NCBI RefSeq assembly: GCF_009914755.1
Contig: NC_060926.1
Direction: 5' to 3' (one strand)
Length of the DNA stretch: 64,000 nt
Source: the human T2T-CHM13v2.0 reference genome, Homo sapiens
Made by a program: the position numbers and the translations under genes. The notes under the pieces are model-generated. The model saw only the letters and a program-made list of their open reading frames with translations, was not told the DNA's origin and searched no databases. Below are positions 14,550 to 30,934 of this stretch, one piece after another (the stretch's first letter is position 1; every line of letters starts with the position of its first letter).

Positions 14550-14929
14550 TGTGATGGTTAATACTGAGTGTCAACTTGATTGAAGGATGCAATGTATTGA
14601 TCCTGGGTGTGTCTGTGAGGGTGTTGCCGAATGAGATTAACATTTCAGTCAGTGGGCTGGGGAAGGCAGACCCACCCTTAATCTGGGTAGGCACCATGTA
14701 ATCAGCTGCCAGCATGGCCAGAATAAAAAGCAGAAAGAAAAGTGTGAAAAGGCTAGACTGGCTTAGCCTCCCAGTCTACATCTTTATCCCATGCTGGATG
14801 CTTCCTGCCCTCAAACATTGGACTCCAAGTTCTTCAGCTTTGGGACTTGAACTGGCTTCCTTGCTCCTCAGCTTGCAGATGACATATTGTGGGACCTTGT
14901 GATCGTGTGAGTTAATACTACTTAATAAA

Positions 14930-14978
<49 letters not shown>

Positions 14979-15018
14979 CTTATTAGTTATGTCTCTCTAG
15001 AGAACCCTGAATAACACA
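14550..15018 (+). mobile_element. 3' LTR, MLT2A1-type
   Basis: Homologous to 7910-8562. Contains (CA)18 then a TA run at 14932-14978. Confidence 0.9.
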
Positions 15019-15023
15019 ACTGT

Positions 15024-15625
15024 TTAAAACCTTCTTGTGGCATCTGATTGTCTAAATGTAAAGGGCAAAGTTTGCCAGCTTGGTATAGTAGGCCACCCAT
15101 ACTTCTTACCCTCACAACTTCTCCAGTCGTATATCTTGCTTATTTTCCCCCTTTTCTCATCACATTTTGAATTTATTTATGATTTCATGAAGGTCTTGTA
15201 TGAATTCCTACTTTTATTCCTTTGCATACCTGTTTTCTCTACCTGGAATTCCACTTTTCTCCTCCATTACTTAGTCACCAGAGAAAGCCAATCAGTTGAT
15301 GAAACTCATGACTTGGCGTTATCTCCTCTGAAGATCTTCCCTGAATTTCCAAATTAGAATGAATCATCCATTTTCTATCCTATCTCCTCTGAAGATCTTC
15401 CCTGAATCCCCAAATTAGAATGAATCATCCATTTTCTATCCTTCTTCTAAATCTTGTATGTATTCCTATTATTGCCTTTCTTATACTGCCAGATTATCAA
15501 TTGTGTATACATTTGTTTTTTCTCTTATACTGAGTTCCTTGAAGGTAAATATCATGTTTATTATGCTTCTATTTCCAGTTGCCTCACCGAATTCTTGAAC
15601 CATAATAATTAATAAATATTTGTAA
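15024..15625 (+). mobile_element. L2 LINE 3' fragment (host of the HERV-L; left part about 7850-7904)
   Basis: aaatctgattatgctgttccact|ttaaaaccttc...ggc rejoins across the provirus into an L2 motif. Ends with L2 tail-like tgagttccttgaagg...aataaatatttg. Confidence 0.65.
15320..15441. repeat. 61-bp tandem duplication (2 copies)
   Basis: 15320-15380 and 15381-15441 differ at 2 positions (gaatttcc/gaatcccc). Confidence 0.95.
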
Positions 15626-16665
15626 TTTAGCAATTAATTAATATGGATTTATATATTCTTTCTATTCAGTTTGTTTCTTTTGTTCTAGGAAACTCTTTAT
15701 TCTCCAAGGAACCTTAATAATATATTTCATATGCTCCAGTCCTGTGCTAAGTTATCTGTATTCCCTAGGACCCCAATTTGAACTTTAATATGTATGCTTC
15801 CTGGTAGACAGCTTAATGTAAAAATTAGTGTTCTCACTTAACAAGTCAAGTGACGTTGGAGTGGAATTTAATTAGGTCAATGAGCTAATGTCTACTCTTC
15901 ATAGAATATTCACATCTTTCAGACATTCCTTCTTATTTACCAAGCTAAGAGTTTTAAATTAATGAAGAAAAAGTCAATGGTTAATGTACTCGTTTATGAT
16001 ATTTTCTATTACTGCTTTGATAACTCAGAAAGTGTTTTTATATGTAAAACCAAATTTCATTTTCAAAACTACCCTGTGAATAAAATAGGGCAAATTTTAC
16101 TTATAGAACTTCTAGTTAAGGAAAAGGTTGCATTCTGGCAGCTAGTTGAGATCTGGGAAAGGCTGGCTGGTCAGTTAGACACATGGTGACATTTTTTGTT
16201 GGGGAGAATTCTCTACATGTCGGGCTTTGGGTTAAGAATTCTGATGTTCCCACAAATGAAGAGGAGGATCAAAGTCTCAGAGGCAGTCTCACATTTATTA
16301 GTTTTTCAGTATCTGATCATTGAATCTAGAAGGAATTTTTAAAATTTAAATAAAAATAAAGTACTACCAGAACAGGGCACTCATATTCTCTAGTTAGTCC
16401 ACTATCTTTTTGTAGACAAAGCTACAGGAGCTTCAAAATTACAATTGGAAGATGGCTTGAAAAGCATTATTGGGTCCAGACAGGGAAAGCATAAATGCCT
16501 GCCTCACCCATTTCCTCACAGATAAAGCTGCCATTAGAACAAGAGAGGTGACATCCCTGAAAATTGGCCTAAATGATCACATGATCACCCCAGTGTTGAT
16601 TTCTCCTGTGCTGATCCTTTTTTATTTTTATTTTTCAAGGCTATTTGTTGTTGTTGTTGACAATC

Positions 16666-17110
16666 TGTATCAGTCAGGGTCCAGCCAGGGTATTAGAGGT
16701 ATTCTGTGTATTTTAATAGAAGGAGATTTAAAACAGGGAATTGATTACATACATGATCATAGAATAGAGCACTGAAATAGGATACTGAAGTCTCTCAGAG
16801 ATTAGCACTAGCAGGAAGCTGCTACCACTTCTAGGGTTGGGAGAACACTTGCTTCCATAATCTGGGAGCAAGGGCTATCCTGTGAGAGCCAGAAGCTGTG
16901 TTGGGTTTGGCTGTTGAGAGCTGTTACAGACGGAATCTGTTTATTAAGGAGCCATGGAAGAGATATAGCCACTGCAGAATGATACCACAGGAGGTAAAGA
17001 GAATGGAAGAAATATATTGTCCACTCCTCTCTCACCTTCAAATAGCCCTCCAGTGCTTCTCAATAGCTGGAAGTACTTGGGAGCCAGATATCAGAGATGA
17101 ATATGAGATG
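16666..17110 (-). mobile_element. Old MaLR LTR (MLT1M/N-like)
   Basis: Begins tgtatcagtcagggtcc...atttaaaacagggaattgattaca, the reverse complement of an old MLT1 LTR end. Confidence 0.5.
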
Positions 17111-17605
17111 AAACTATCATTGGCCAGATGTCTTCTTTCTTCAGACATGTTCAAAGGTTACATTTCATTAGCAGGCAACTTACATAATTGACTCTATTTA
17201 GTATTCTGAACTAGCAAGTTTGATCAGACTGATATACCTATCAAATTTTAGGGCCTCTATCAAATGAAATTTAAAAGAAATATACACAAGATTATGGGTC
17301 TGTTTCTTTCTCTAGAAGTGCATGTTCCAGGCCTTGAATAAACACTTTGTCTTTTGTTGTTGTTGTTAAGTTTGTGCATAAGTTTAGATCCAAGGAAGCA
17401 CTGTTTTTCTAAAATTGACATCTTGTTCATGATAATAGAATGTAGAGCCTTTATTCAAGTTCTGAGAAGAAATCAGAGGAATATTAGTGGGAGGGCATTT
17501 TTAGTTGTATGAAAAATATAGTGTCTGTATGTGTGTGTTTGTGTGTGCTTTTCTATTATGTTTTAGTGGGACGTCAAAAGGATAGCTCATTTATATCTTA
17601 TTTTT

Positions 17606-17903
17606 ATTTATTTATTGCCTTGAGACAGAGTCCCACCCTGTCACCCAGTCTGGAGTGCAGTGGTGCAATCTTGGCTCACTGCAACCTCTGCCTCCCAGAT
17701 TCAAGTGATTCTCCTGCTTCAGCCTCCTGAGTAGCTGGGATTACAGGCGCCCGCCACCACGCCCAGCTAATTTTTGTATTTTTAGTAGAGATGTGGTTTC
17801 ACCATGTTGGCAAGGCTGGTCTCAAACTCCTGACCTCAGGTGATCCACCCACCTCGGCCTCTCAAAGTGCTGGGATTACAGGCATGAGCCACTGTGCCTG
17901 GCC
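17606..17903 (-). mobile_element. AluSx-type SINE
   Basis: Complete reverse-complement Alu with gacctcaggtgatcc. Short TSD ttattttt. Confidence 0.93.
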
Positions 17904-20290
17904 TTATTTTTGAGGAAAGAAATATCAGTGTGTCTGTTCTGATACCTTATCATTATACTCTGTGGAAAGAAGTACAGAATATTTTAAATTACGATTGTCC
18001 ATAATATCCTGGATGTATATAATCACTTTACTTAGAAGGCGAAAGGACTTTGAAGACTGTGTACCAGAGCTTGTGGGAGAGACAAAGGAAGAAACACAGA
18101 GCCTTGAAATAAGAAAAATGTGTGGTCAGCAGATTGGCTCCTATTTGTTACAGCCCTCTGTCAGATAAAGTGCTTTTGCCAAAATGTAAATGTACTGGGT
18201 CATTAAGAATATAATTTAGTTTGGCTGATATTTTGTATGCAGCAAGACTTTCCCCTGGAAGGAAGCAGCATGAGACTTTCAGTTTAGGGTAAGCTCTTAT
18301 GTAACGTCACCTCAAACTATGGGAGGAAGCGAGGGAAGAGTAGAATCTCTGGAGCCAAGGGAAGGCTTGCCTTTTCCCATTTCAGTGAGCTGTAATTGAA
18401 TGACTTTTTGTATTTGCATTGTTAAAGCTATCATCCCTTCGCTTCATTTATTGGTTCTGTTTTCTATCATAGCTAGAGGACTTCTATAAGTCCTCTTCCA
18501 CCTCCACCCTAGGCCAAAATCCGAAATTCCTTTAATAATTCCTCCGTAATGCTTGATTTTCAGATCCTTCATCTTCTTTGTCACCATCATTAGAAAGTAT
18601 ATTTTAGTGAGGTTGAAATCAAAATGATGAACACATGCCTCTTACAGATGTAGATTAGCCAGTACAGAGAATCTGGGACTATTTTTTCCTGTACACGGTG
18701 CCTCTGTACCACAGTTCATGGTTTTATGTTTGTTGGTGATCATGTCTCAACTCTTAATGATGTTAAATGTACAGTTAACAAAAACTTCATCCTTTTGTAT
18801 TTTCTTCACATGAACTAGGCTTAATTTAGATTTTCATCATATGGTGCATTTGTGAACACTTATTCATTTACCCTTGTTTATAAATGTCACAAAAATTATG
18901 GCAATTATTATTTAGAAAATAAACTTCTGTGTATTTCCGGAAAAGGTTTTTCAGCTTTACTGAAATCTCAACTTTCCTTTGTGTAAAATATAAATTATAA
19001 TATCCATTTTACAAAATGTTTTGAAGAGGAATAATCTGTGGTTAATAATACTTTCAGTTCACAAATTCCCATATGCAGTGAATATCTACTATAATTGTTT
19101 AATCTGAAATCTGTGTTGCTCTTCATTGTGCTAGAGAGAAATAAAACAGTCATTCTTGAGGTCTGTAGAACTCAAAGAAGACGTGGGAAATTTTTATAAA
19201 TTTGGAGAATACAGAGCTCCACTTGGAATGGCTAGACAGATGTGGGAATGATAGTTTGGGTAATTCAAGAGGAAGGGAGAGCAGGCATAAAAGGTGTTAG
19301 GCTGCAGAGCCAAGGTAGGTTTGATGACTAGAAATTATTCTATTGTGCTGGAAATATCAAGTGTGCATCAGAAGAAATAAGAGAGAAAAGTAAGATAGGA
19401 GTTGAATAATTTTTAGAACTATTTACTCAGACTGTGCTGGGCTTGAAGTGCTAGGCTGAGGAGGCAGATTCTAGTCCCTTTGCATTTAAAGGCTTTAGAG
19501 CCATTAAATTATTTCAAGGAATAGGTTATTATGGTTATCTGTATAATTTAATGAAACATAAAGGTAGCTGGAACAACCTTGTGTGGGTAGGCTTGGGAGG
19601 GCAGTGGCTGAAGTTAGGGGGCCCCATTAGGACACATTACAGTGGTCCAGGCAAGTGATACAGAAGGCCCACACTAGAGAGGTGATGAAGAGGGCATAAA
19701 TGGTAAAGTGCTCGTCATTAAAATACGTGTCTTCATCATTAGTTTCTGTTTCTCCTACTTCAGGAAGTTGCTGACTAGAAAACCTTAGGGCTATCCTAAA
19801 GGGTCAGAGCTGTGCATTTCCTACATCCTACCAATCTTCTCTCTAACCTAGATCAGTAATGTTTTCTGACATAGTGAATGCAGCTATTAGAAAAAGTTAA
19901 ATTATAATCAGAGTGTAGTGGGAATTAAGAAAGTAATCTCAACTTAGAATAAAGATAAAGCTGTATTTGGAACATACTCATTTTTTAAATAATCATTTTG
20001 TGCTTTTCTAATTTAATACTAAGTAGCTAGATAAGGTTAAATAAGTATAAATGGCATTTATGTATGTTATAATTAAAGATGACTAAATAATATAATTGGT
20101 TCTCATTAAGCTTTGAGACAAACAGAATATAGGTAAGGTAAATGAAGCAAGAGTTTAAATTATGTCCTGTGGCTACTGGTATTAAAATTGATAGAAGCCA
20201 CAAAAATGTATGTACAATATGACCTTAATTAATGTTTGTAGCTTTGAAAATCACATCCAAAACTTAAAAAAAAAATAAGACCTTCCATGT

Positions 20291-20653
20291 TGATATGGTT
20301 TGGCTATTGTCCACCCAAATCTCATCTTGAATTGTAGCTCCTATAATCACCACATGTCATGGCAGGGACCCCATGGGAGGTAATTGAATCATGGGGGCTG
20401 GTTTTTCTTGTGCTTTTCTCATGATATTGAATAAATCTCACAAGATGTGATGGTTTTACAAAGGGGCAGTTCCTCTGTACACGTTCTCTTGCCTGCTGCC
20501 ATGTAAGATGTGACTTTGCTCCTCCTTCACCTTCCACCATGATTTTGAGGCCTCCCCAGCTATGTGGAACTGTGAGTCCATTAAACCCTTTTCCTTTATA
20601 AATTACCCAGTCTCAGTTATGCCTTTATTAGCAGCATGGGAACGACTAATACA
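20291..20653 (+). mobile_element. THE1B-type MaLR solo LTR
   Basis: 363 bp, tgatatggtttggct...gactaataca, perfect 5-bp TSD catgt (20286-20290, 20654-20658). Confidence 0.92.
20381..20391 (+). promoter_or_regulatory. DUX4 consensus site TAATTGAATCA in the THE1 LTR
   Basis: Exact match to TAAYYBAATCA. THE1/MaLR LTRs are established DUX4 targets. Binding at this copy is not shown. Confidence 0.6.
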
Positions 20654-20889
20654 CATGTGTAATGTGTTTTATAGCTTCAAAAACACACCCATGGCTGTTC
20701 TCTTTCGATATTCAGAATGATTCTGCCAGGAAGGCACTTATTATTTTGCCAAACAGAGACTTTGAAGAGGTTAAGTGAATTTCATAGCTATTTGCCAAGT
20801 TGGTAAATAACAACTATTAGAAGTTGACACTTTTTTCTCATTCTTTTTGCGATATTTTTTTGTACTATGCCATATTACCTAAGTTATTA

Positions 20890-21273
20890 TATTGGTCAAG
20901 ATAGACTAAATTTCCATGACTCAGAACAAATAACCTTTATTTTTTATTTAATTTTCTCACATTTGTCCATTGAATGCTACCTAGGGGCTCTGCTTTGTGT
21001 TTTTTCAATTCAGAATACTGAATCAACAGAGGAGCCCTGCTCTGTGGCAAGGCCAGTCATCATGACAGAGGGAAAAAGAACATGGCAAAGCCTATACAGA
21101 CCTTGAAAGCTTCTGCCTTCAGTGACCCACAATACTAACGTCTCCATGTCATTGATCAAAGTAAATCAAACAGCTATATCTAGCTCAGGTGAACAAGGGT
21201 ATACAATCCTTCTATTTGTCCAGAAAGAGAGACAGACAGATGAAATATTTGTAAACTTCTTGATTATAATTAC
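20890..21273 (-). mobile_element. Old MaLR LTR (MLT1K-like)
   Basis: catgacagagggaaaaagaacatggc...cttgaaagcttctgcc...atacaatcct motifs. Decayed. Confidence 0.5.
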
Positions 21274-22039
21274 AGTTGTTAAAAGTCAAAGCTTAAAAAT
21301 TAATAAAAATTTAAGGAATTAACATGTTAGTATTTAAAAAATACTTTTTATTCAAAGCTTATATATGAAGGTTTTTCTGTGTATATTTTTTAACGAGCAC
21401 AATTTCTTGGCAACTCAGTATGGGCATTTCCAAAGTGAAAACTATGTAATGCTGAACCTTGGAGATGCTCTGTATAAGTTTTGAAATACTACATAGCTAA
21501 CACTACATACCAGCTTCATTCTTGGAGAGCCACAGTGTACATTAGCATTTAAAGCACAACTGGGGAAAAATATCACTAAAGAAGCCAAAGGCTAAATAAA
21601 TTATATTCGATAAATGGGATGTGATGTTATGTAGTTATTAGAGATATATTTTTGAAGAGTTTTCATTGCATTGAAAAATGTTTCTGATTTAAGTTTAAAG
21701 TCAATAAAGCCTGATAAATTTCAAAAAGACTAGTAAATCCAGTGAAGTTCTCAACTCATTTGAAGACACCTCTTCATGTGTATGTGCGCAGCACTCACTG
21801 GTATCCTGAAAGCATGGTATTTTGGAAAATACTGCTTTAAATTGTTCTTTAATATCTGCCTTTTCCTTAATATGTCAGCAAGTCCATTCAGAGTTATGTT
21901 TTCCTGAGTTTTAGGTGGCAAAGATTAACCTTTCAGGAACTCAGATTCCTCATTTATAAAATGGGTTTAATAGTTCCTGTGAGGATTAAAGAAACAATAT
22001 ATGTAAAGTACTCACCAGTAGGCAGTTAGTTTTGATATT

Positions 22040-22240
<201 letters not shown>

Positions 22241-22456
22241 TCTTATTATTATTATACTTTAAGTTTTAGGGTACATGTGCACAACGCGCAGGTTTGTTAC
22301 ATATGTATACATGTGCCATGTTGGTGTGCTGCACCCATTAACTCGTCATTTAGCATTAGGTATATCTTCTCATGCTATCCCTCCCCACTCCCCCCACCCC
22401 ACAACAGTCCCCAGTGTGTGATGTTCCCCTTCCTGTGTCCATGTGTTCTCATTGTC

Positions 22457-26281
<3,825 letters not shown>

Positions 26282-26344
26282 TATGATGTTAGCTGGTTAT
26301 TTTGCTCATTAGTTGATGAGGTTTCTTCCTAGCCTTGATGGTCT

Positions 26345-27362
26345 TTACAATTTGGCATGTTTTTGCAGTGGCTGGTACCGGTTGTTCCTTTCCATGTTTA
26401 GAGCTTCCTTCAGGAGCTCTTTTAGGGCAGGCCTGGTCGTGACAAAATCTCTCAGCATTTGCTTGTCTGTAAAGTATTTTATTTCTCCTTCACTTATGAA
26501 GCTTAGTTTGGCAGGATATGAAATTCGGGGTTGAAAATTCTTTCCTTTAAGAATGTTGAATATTGGTCCCCACTCTCTTCTGGCTTGTAGAGTTTCTGCC
26601 GAGATATCAGCTGTTAGTCTCATGGGCTTCCCTTTATGGGTAACCCGACCTTTCTCTCTGGCTTCCCTTAACATTTTTTCCTTCATTTCAACTTTGGTGA
26701 ATCTGACAATTATGTGTCTTGGAGTTGCTCTTCTTGAGGAGTATCTTTGTTGCGTTCTCTGTATCTCCTGAATTTGAATGTTGGCCTACCTTGCTAGATT
26801 GGGGAAGTTCTCCTGGATAATATCCTGCAGAGTGTTTCCCAACTTGCTTCCATTCTCCCCGTCACTTTCAGGTACACTTATCAGACACAGATTTGGTCTT
26901 TTCACATAGTCCTATATTTATTGGAGGTTTTTATCATTTCTTTTTATTCTTTTTTCTCTAAACTTCTCTTCCCGCTTCATTTCATTCATTTCGTCTTCCA
27001 TCACTGATACCCTTTCTTCCAGTTGATCGCATTGGCTACTGAGGCTTCTGCATTCATCACGTAGCTCTCATGCCTTGGTTTTCAGCTCCATCACGTCCTT
27101 TAAGGACTTCTCTGCATTGGTTATTCTAGTTATCCATTCGTCTAATTTTTTTCAAAGATTTTAACTTCTTTGCCATTGGTTCGAATTTCCTTTTGTAGCT
27201 CAGAGTAGTTTGATCATCTGAAGACTTCTTCTCTCAACTCATCAAAGTCATTCTCCATCCAGCTTTGTTCCATTGCTGGTGAGGAGCTGCGTTCCTTTGG
27301 AGGAGGAGAGGCGCTCTGATTTTTAGAGTTTCCAGTTTTTCTGCTTTGTTTTTTTTTCCCAT
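26345..27362 (-). pseudogene. L1 ORF1, broken
   Basis: ATG at 27362. Only the C-terminal MKEKMLR...YQPLQKHAKL piece (26345-26686) appears as an open ORF. Confidence 0.9.
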
Positions 27363-27941
27363 TTTTGTGGTTTTATCTACCTTTGGTCTTTGATGATGGT
27401 GATGTACAGATGGGTTTTTGGTGTGGATGTCCTTTCTGTTTGTTAGTTTTCCTTCTAACAGACAGGACCCTCAGCTGCAGGTCTGTTGGAGCTCGCTAGA
27501 GGTCCACTCCAGGCCCTGTTTGCCTGGGTATCAGCAGCGGTGGCTGCAGAACAGTGTATATTGGTGAACTGCAAATGCTGCTGCCTGATCGTTCCTCTGG
27601 AAGTTTTGTCTCAGAGGAGTACCTGGCCATGTGAGGTGTCAGTCAGCCCCTACTGGGGGATGCCTCCCAGTTAGGCTACTTGGGGATCAGGGACCCACTT
27701 GAGGTAGTCTTCCTGTTCTCAGATCTCAAGCTGCATGCTGGGAGAACCACTACTCTCTTCAAAGCTGTCAGACAGGGACATTTAAGTCTGCAGAGGTTAC
27801 TGCTGTCTTTTTGTTTGTCTGTGCCCTGCCCCCAGAGGTGGAGCTGACAGAGGCAGGCAGGCCTCCTTGAGCTGTGGTGGGCTCCACTCAGTTCGAGCTT
27901 CCCGGCCACATTGTTTACCTAGTCAAACGACTAACTGGGCA

Positions 27942-28205
27942 ATGTTGGGTGCCCCTCCCCCAGCCTCACTGCTGCCTTGCAGTTTGATCTCAGACTGCTG
28001 TGCTAGCAATGAGTGAGACTCCGTGGGCGTAGGACCCTCCGAGCCATGTGCGGGATATAATCTCCTGGTGTGCCATTTTTTAAGTCCATTGGAAAAGCAC
28101 AGTATTAGGGTGGGAGTGACCCGATTTTCCCGGTGCCGTCTGTCACCCCTTTCTTTGACTAGGAAAGGGAATTCCCTGACCCCTTGTGCTTCCCAGGTGA
28201 GGTGA
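27942..28205 (+). pseudogene. L1 ORF0 (antisense 5'UTR ORF), truncated by a premature stop
   Basis: MLGAPPPASLLPCSLISDCCASNE* (TGA 28014-28016, CGA>TGA type), then in frame DSVGVGPSEP...RVGVTRFSRC, matching primate ORF0. Confidence 0.8.
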
Positions 28206-28373
28206 TGCCTGTCCCTGCTTTGGCTTGCACACGGTGCGCTGCACCCACTGTCCTGCACCTACTGTCTGGCACTCCCCAGTGAGATGAACCCAGTAACTCA
28301 GTTGGAAATGCAGAAATCACCCATCTTGTGCATCACTCACGCTGGGAGCTGTAGACAGGAGCTGTTCCTATTC

Positions 28374-28384
28374 GGCCATCTTGG
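28374..28384 (-). promoter_or_regulatory. YY1 site of the L1 internal promoter
   Basis: CCAAGATGGCC intact at the L1 5' end. Confidence 0.75.
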
Positions 28385-28398
28385 CTCCTCCCCCACCC

Positions 28399-28535
28399 TT
28401 TTTTTTTTTTTTTTTTTAATGAAGATGAGGTTCACCATATTGGCCAGGCTGGTCTTGAACCCCTGACCTCAGGTGATCCACCCACCTCGACTTCACAAAG
28501 TGCTGGGATTATAGGCGTGAGCCACCGCACCCAGC
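28399..28535 (-). mobile_element. AluS left arm (remainder of the split Alu)
   Basis: T-run then gaagatgaggttcaccatattggccagg...gagccaccgcacccagc. Completes the arm at 22040-22240. Confidence 0.9.
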
Positions 28536-30338
28536 TGCTTTCTCTTTTCCACTTACGTATTAGGAAAATTAAAGAATATAAAATGATTTTTCATATTTAT
28601 TTAATGAAAATAGTCTGTGTTTCTTAAAGCTAGCCATCAAAACAGTGATAGAATAAGCTGTTACACACTTTAATTTTGCTAACTTCTTGTAGGGAACATT
28701 AGGAGCAGAGAACACTGAGCCAACAGAGTGTGGAAGTCATGATTCCAGGTATTAGCATGTGTCAAAGAGAGTGAAAGCTAAAGGACTTTTGTCAGCAAGG
28801 CTGACTGCCACTTTCTATAATGAAGGCACATTTCCTAAATGGACCTTGAGCAGTTCCCACAGCAGGCAATCAGAAACATCCAAATTTAACATCCCATTTA
28901 GGTTTGCTGCATGCTAGCCTATCTTTCTTGGTAACAAGAAAGGAAAATTATTTGTCAGTATAAGGACTGCTTGTTAAAACTCATTTTTAAGTGGATTTAC
29001 CTTTGGGGCATGTAAAATGAAGAAGAGGCTTTTTTTTGGGTCTTTGAGAAAATTGATCCAAATAATTATAACAGACAAAGGCAGCCTCCTCAATGGATGC
29101 AATGAAGCAAAGTCAAAATAATACAAATAAATAGAAGATAATGAAAATGTTAGAAAGTGAAAGCTTTTCGGTTGTACACCTTCCTAGAATGGGGGAATAG
29201 GGCTGTAAAACTCTCCTATTCTGGAATCAACTTTGTATTTCCAGGTTTGGCCCAGAAGCAGTTTATTCTGAGGTGTAAGAAAGAATGCCTGTTTTCTATC
29301 TATGTCATACCTGGGCCATTGAGACCAGGAGGAAGAAGGCTGGTCATGAAACCCATTTAAGGATTGCATTAATCTGCGAAACTGATCCAGGGAGTTCAGA
29401 TTTAATCTTCTGTTATGCAGTAAACCTATGATAGTTTGTAAAACTTCCCCACCTTTATGTAGGATAGTGTGAAAGTGTGGTATGTGGGGTGATTGGCAAG
29501 AATTATTTCTTTTCAGAAGCACCCTACTCTTGATTGTCTGTAGACCAGTAGATATAGGGATCTTCTTCTGGCTTTTTGATTTTGTCCATAAATTATCATC
29601 TGCAATGGACTTCTATCTGTTTCCACAAAAAAGCTTTCTTAGAAATCAGGCATCTTCATGAGTTCTACTGAGTTCAGGAGTGATTTTCAAATGCTAATTA
29701 TAGGCCTGTTCCCTGGAGCTGAAGGTTGATAGAACCAAATATAGAGTAGACATTATTTCCACTCAGTGTAAAATTGATGAAGAGCATATCATAATATTAA
29801 TAGCTGCAAATGACTAGAAAATGTGAACCTTGTTCTAACATGAGACACTCCAAGATTAGCACAGAAAGCATAAACCAAGAAATCTGGCATGTGACTTGGT
29901 GACTTACAAATTATTGCCCATTCATTTATTGTTTCATTTATTCTGCCATTCATCAGACATTTGCTAAGACCATACTGTGTATGGTCCCAGTACACAGTAG
30001 AACACATAGGAGACAGGCTTACAGCAAAATCCACAAATTTCAGGACAGGCTGACTTGGATCCACAACCTAAGTAATCCTTATTTTTTTTTAACCACTCTA
30101 TGCCTTAGGTTTTCTACATATAAAAGGAAGAAATTAATATGGTGACATGGTTTTATTAGTGAATTTATTAGTAACATAATATAATTAAAACCATCTAGCA
30201 AACAGTAGTATCACACAATACTTGTTAAATCTCTTTGCTCTGTGATCGGTTTTCCTTATAATTCTGAAAATGATATTGTTATGGCGTGGTTCCTGACCTT
30301 GAATAACTGAGACCGATGCTAGTCAAAAATACAGACAG

Positions 30339-30685
30339 CTGTCATTCTGCTCTGTACTTCTATGAGATCATCTTTTTTAGATTCCACATATGGTTAGGGA
30401 GATTCTGGTCAAAAGATGCACAATTCTCATTAGAAGGAAAAAATTCAAGAAATATTGTACAAGTTGACAGTATTAATAACAATATATTATATTCTTGAAA
30501 TATGTTAAGAGAGTAGATCTGAAATGTTCCCACCACAAAATGATAGCTTTGTGAGGTAATACATGCATTAGCTAGGTTTGGCTATTCTACTATATATTAC
30601 AAAATATCATGTTGTACATGATAAATACATATAATTTTATCTGCCTGTTTATAAATTATTTTAAAAATTTCATAATAACTATAAT
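30339..30685 (+). mobile_element. Short old L1MA-type 3' end with a small 5' inversion
   Basis: 30339-30391 is the reverse complement of L1MA 3'UTR (atatgtggaatctaaaaaag..ctcatagaag), and 30392 onward is forward. TSD aaaatacagacag (30326-30338)/aaaatacagaaag (30686-30698). Confidence 0.7.
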
Positions 30686-30934
30686 AAAATACAGAAAGTC
30701 TTTCAAATAGATTACCAGAGGTATTTACTATAAGAACACAGAGATACATGTGTTATATACGAGGGTAGTGAACATATCTGTCTCATATAGTTTTAGAATC
30801 CCCAATGCTTACCAAAATTTCTGGCACTTAGTGCTTTTTAGTAAATGTTGAGTAGATGACTGAGTCTGCAAGAGGTTGAGATCTAGGGCTACATCGTTCC
30901 CAATGAGAGAGAAATGATACCTTGTAAAAAAGAT

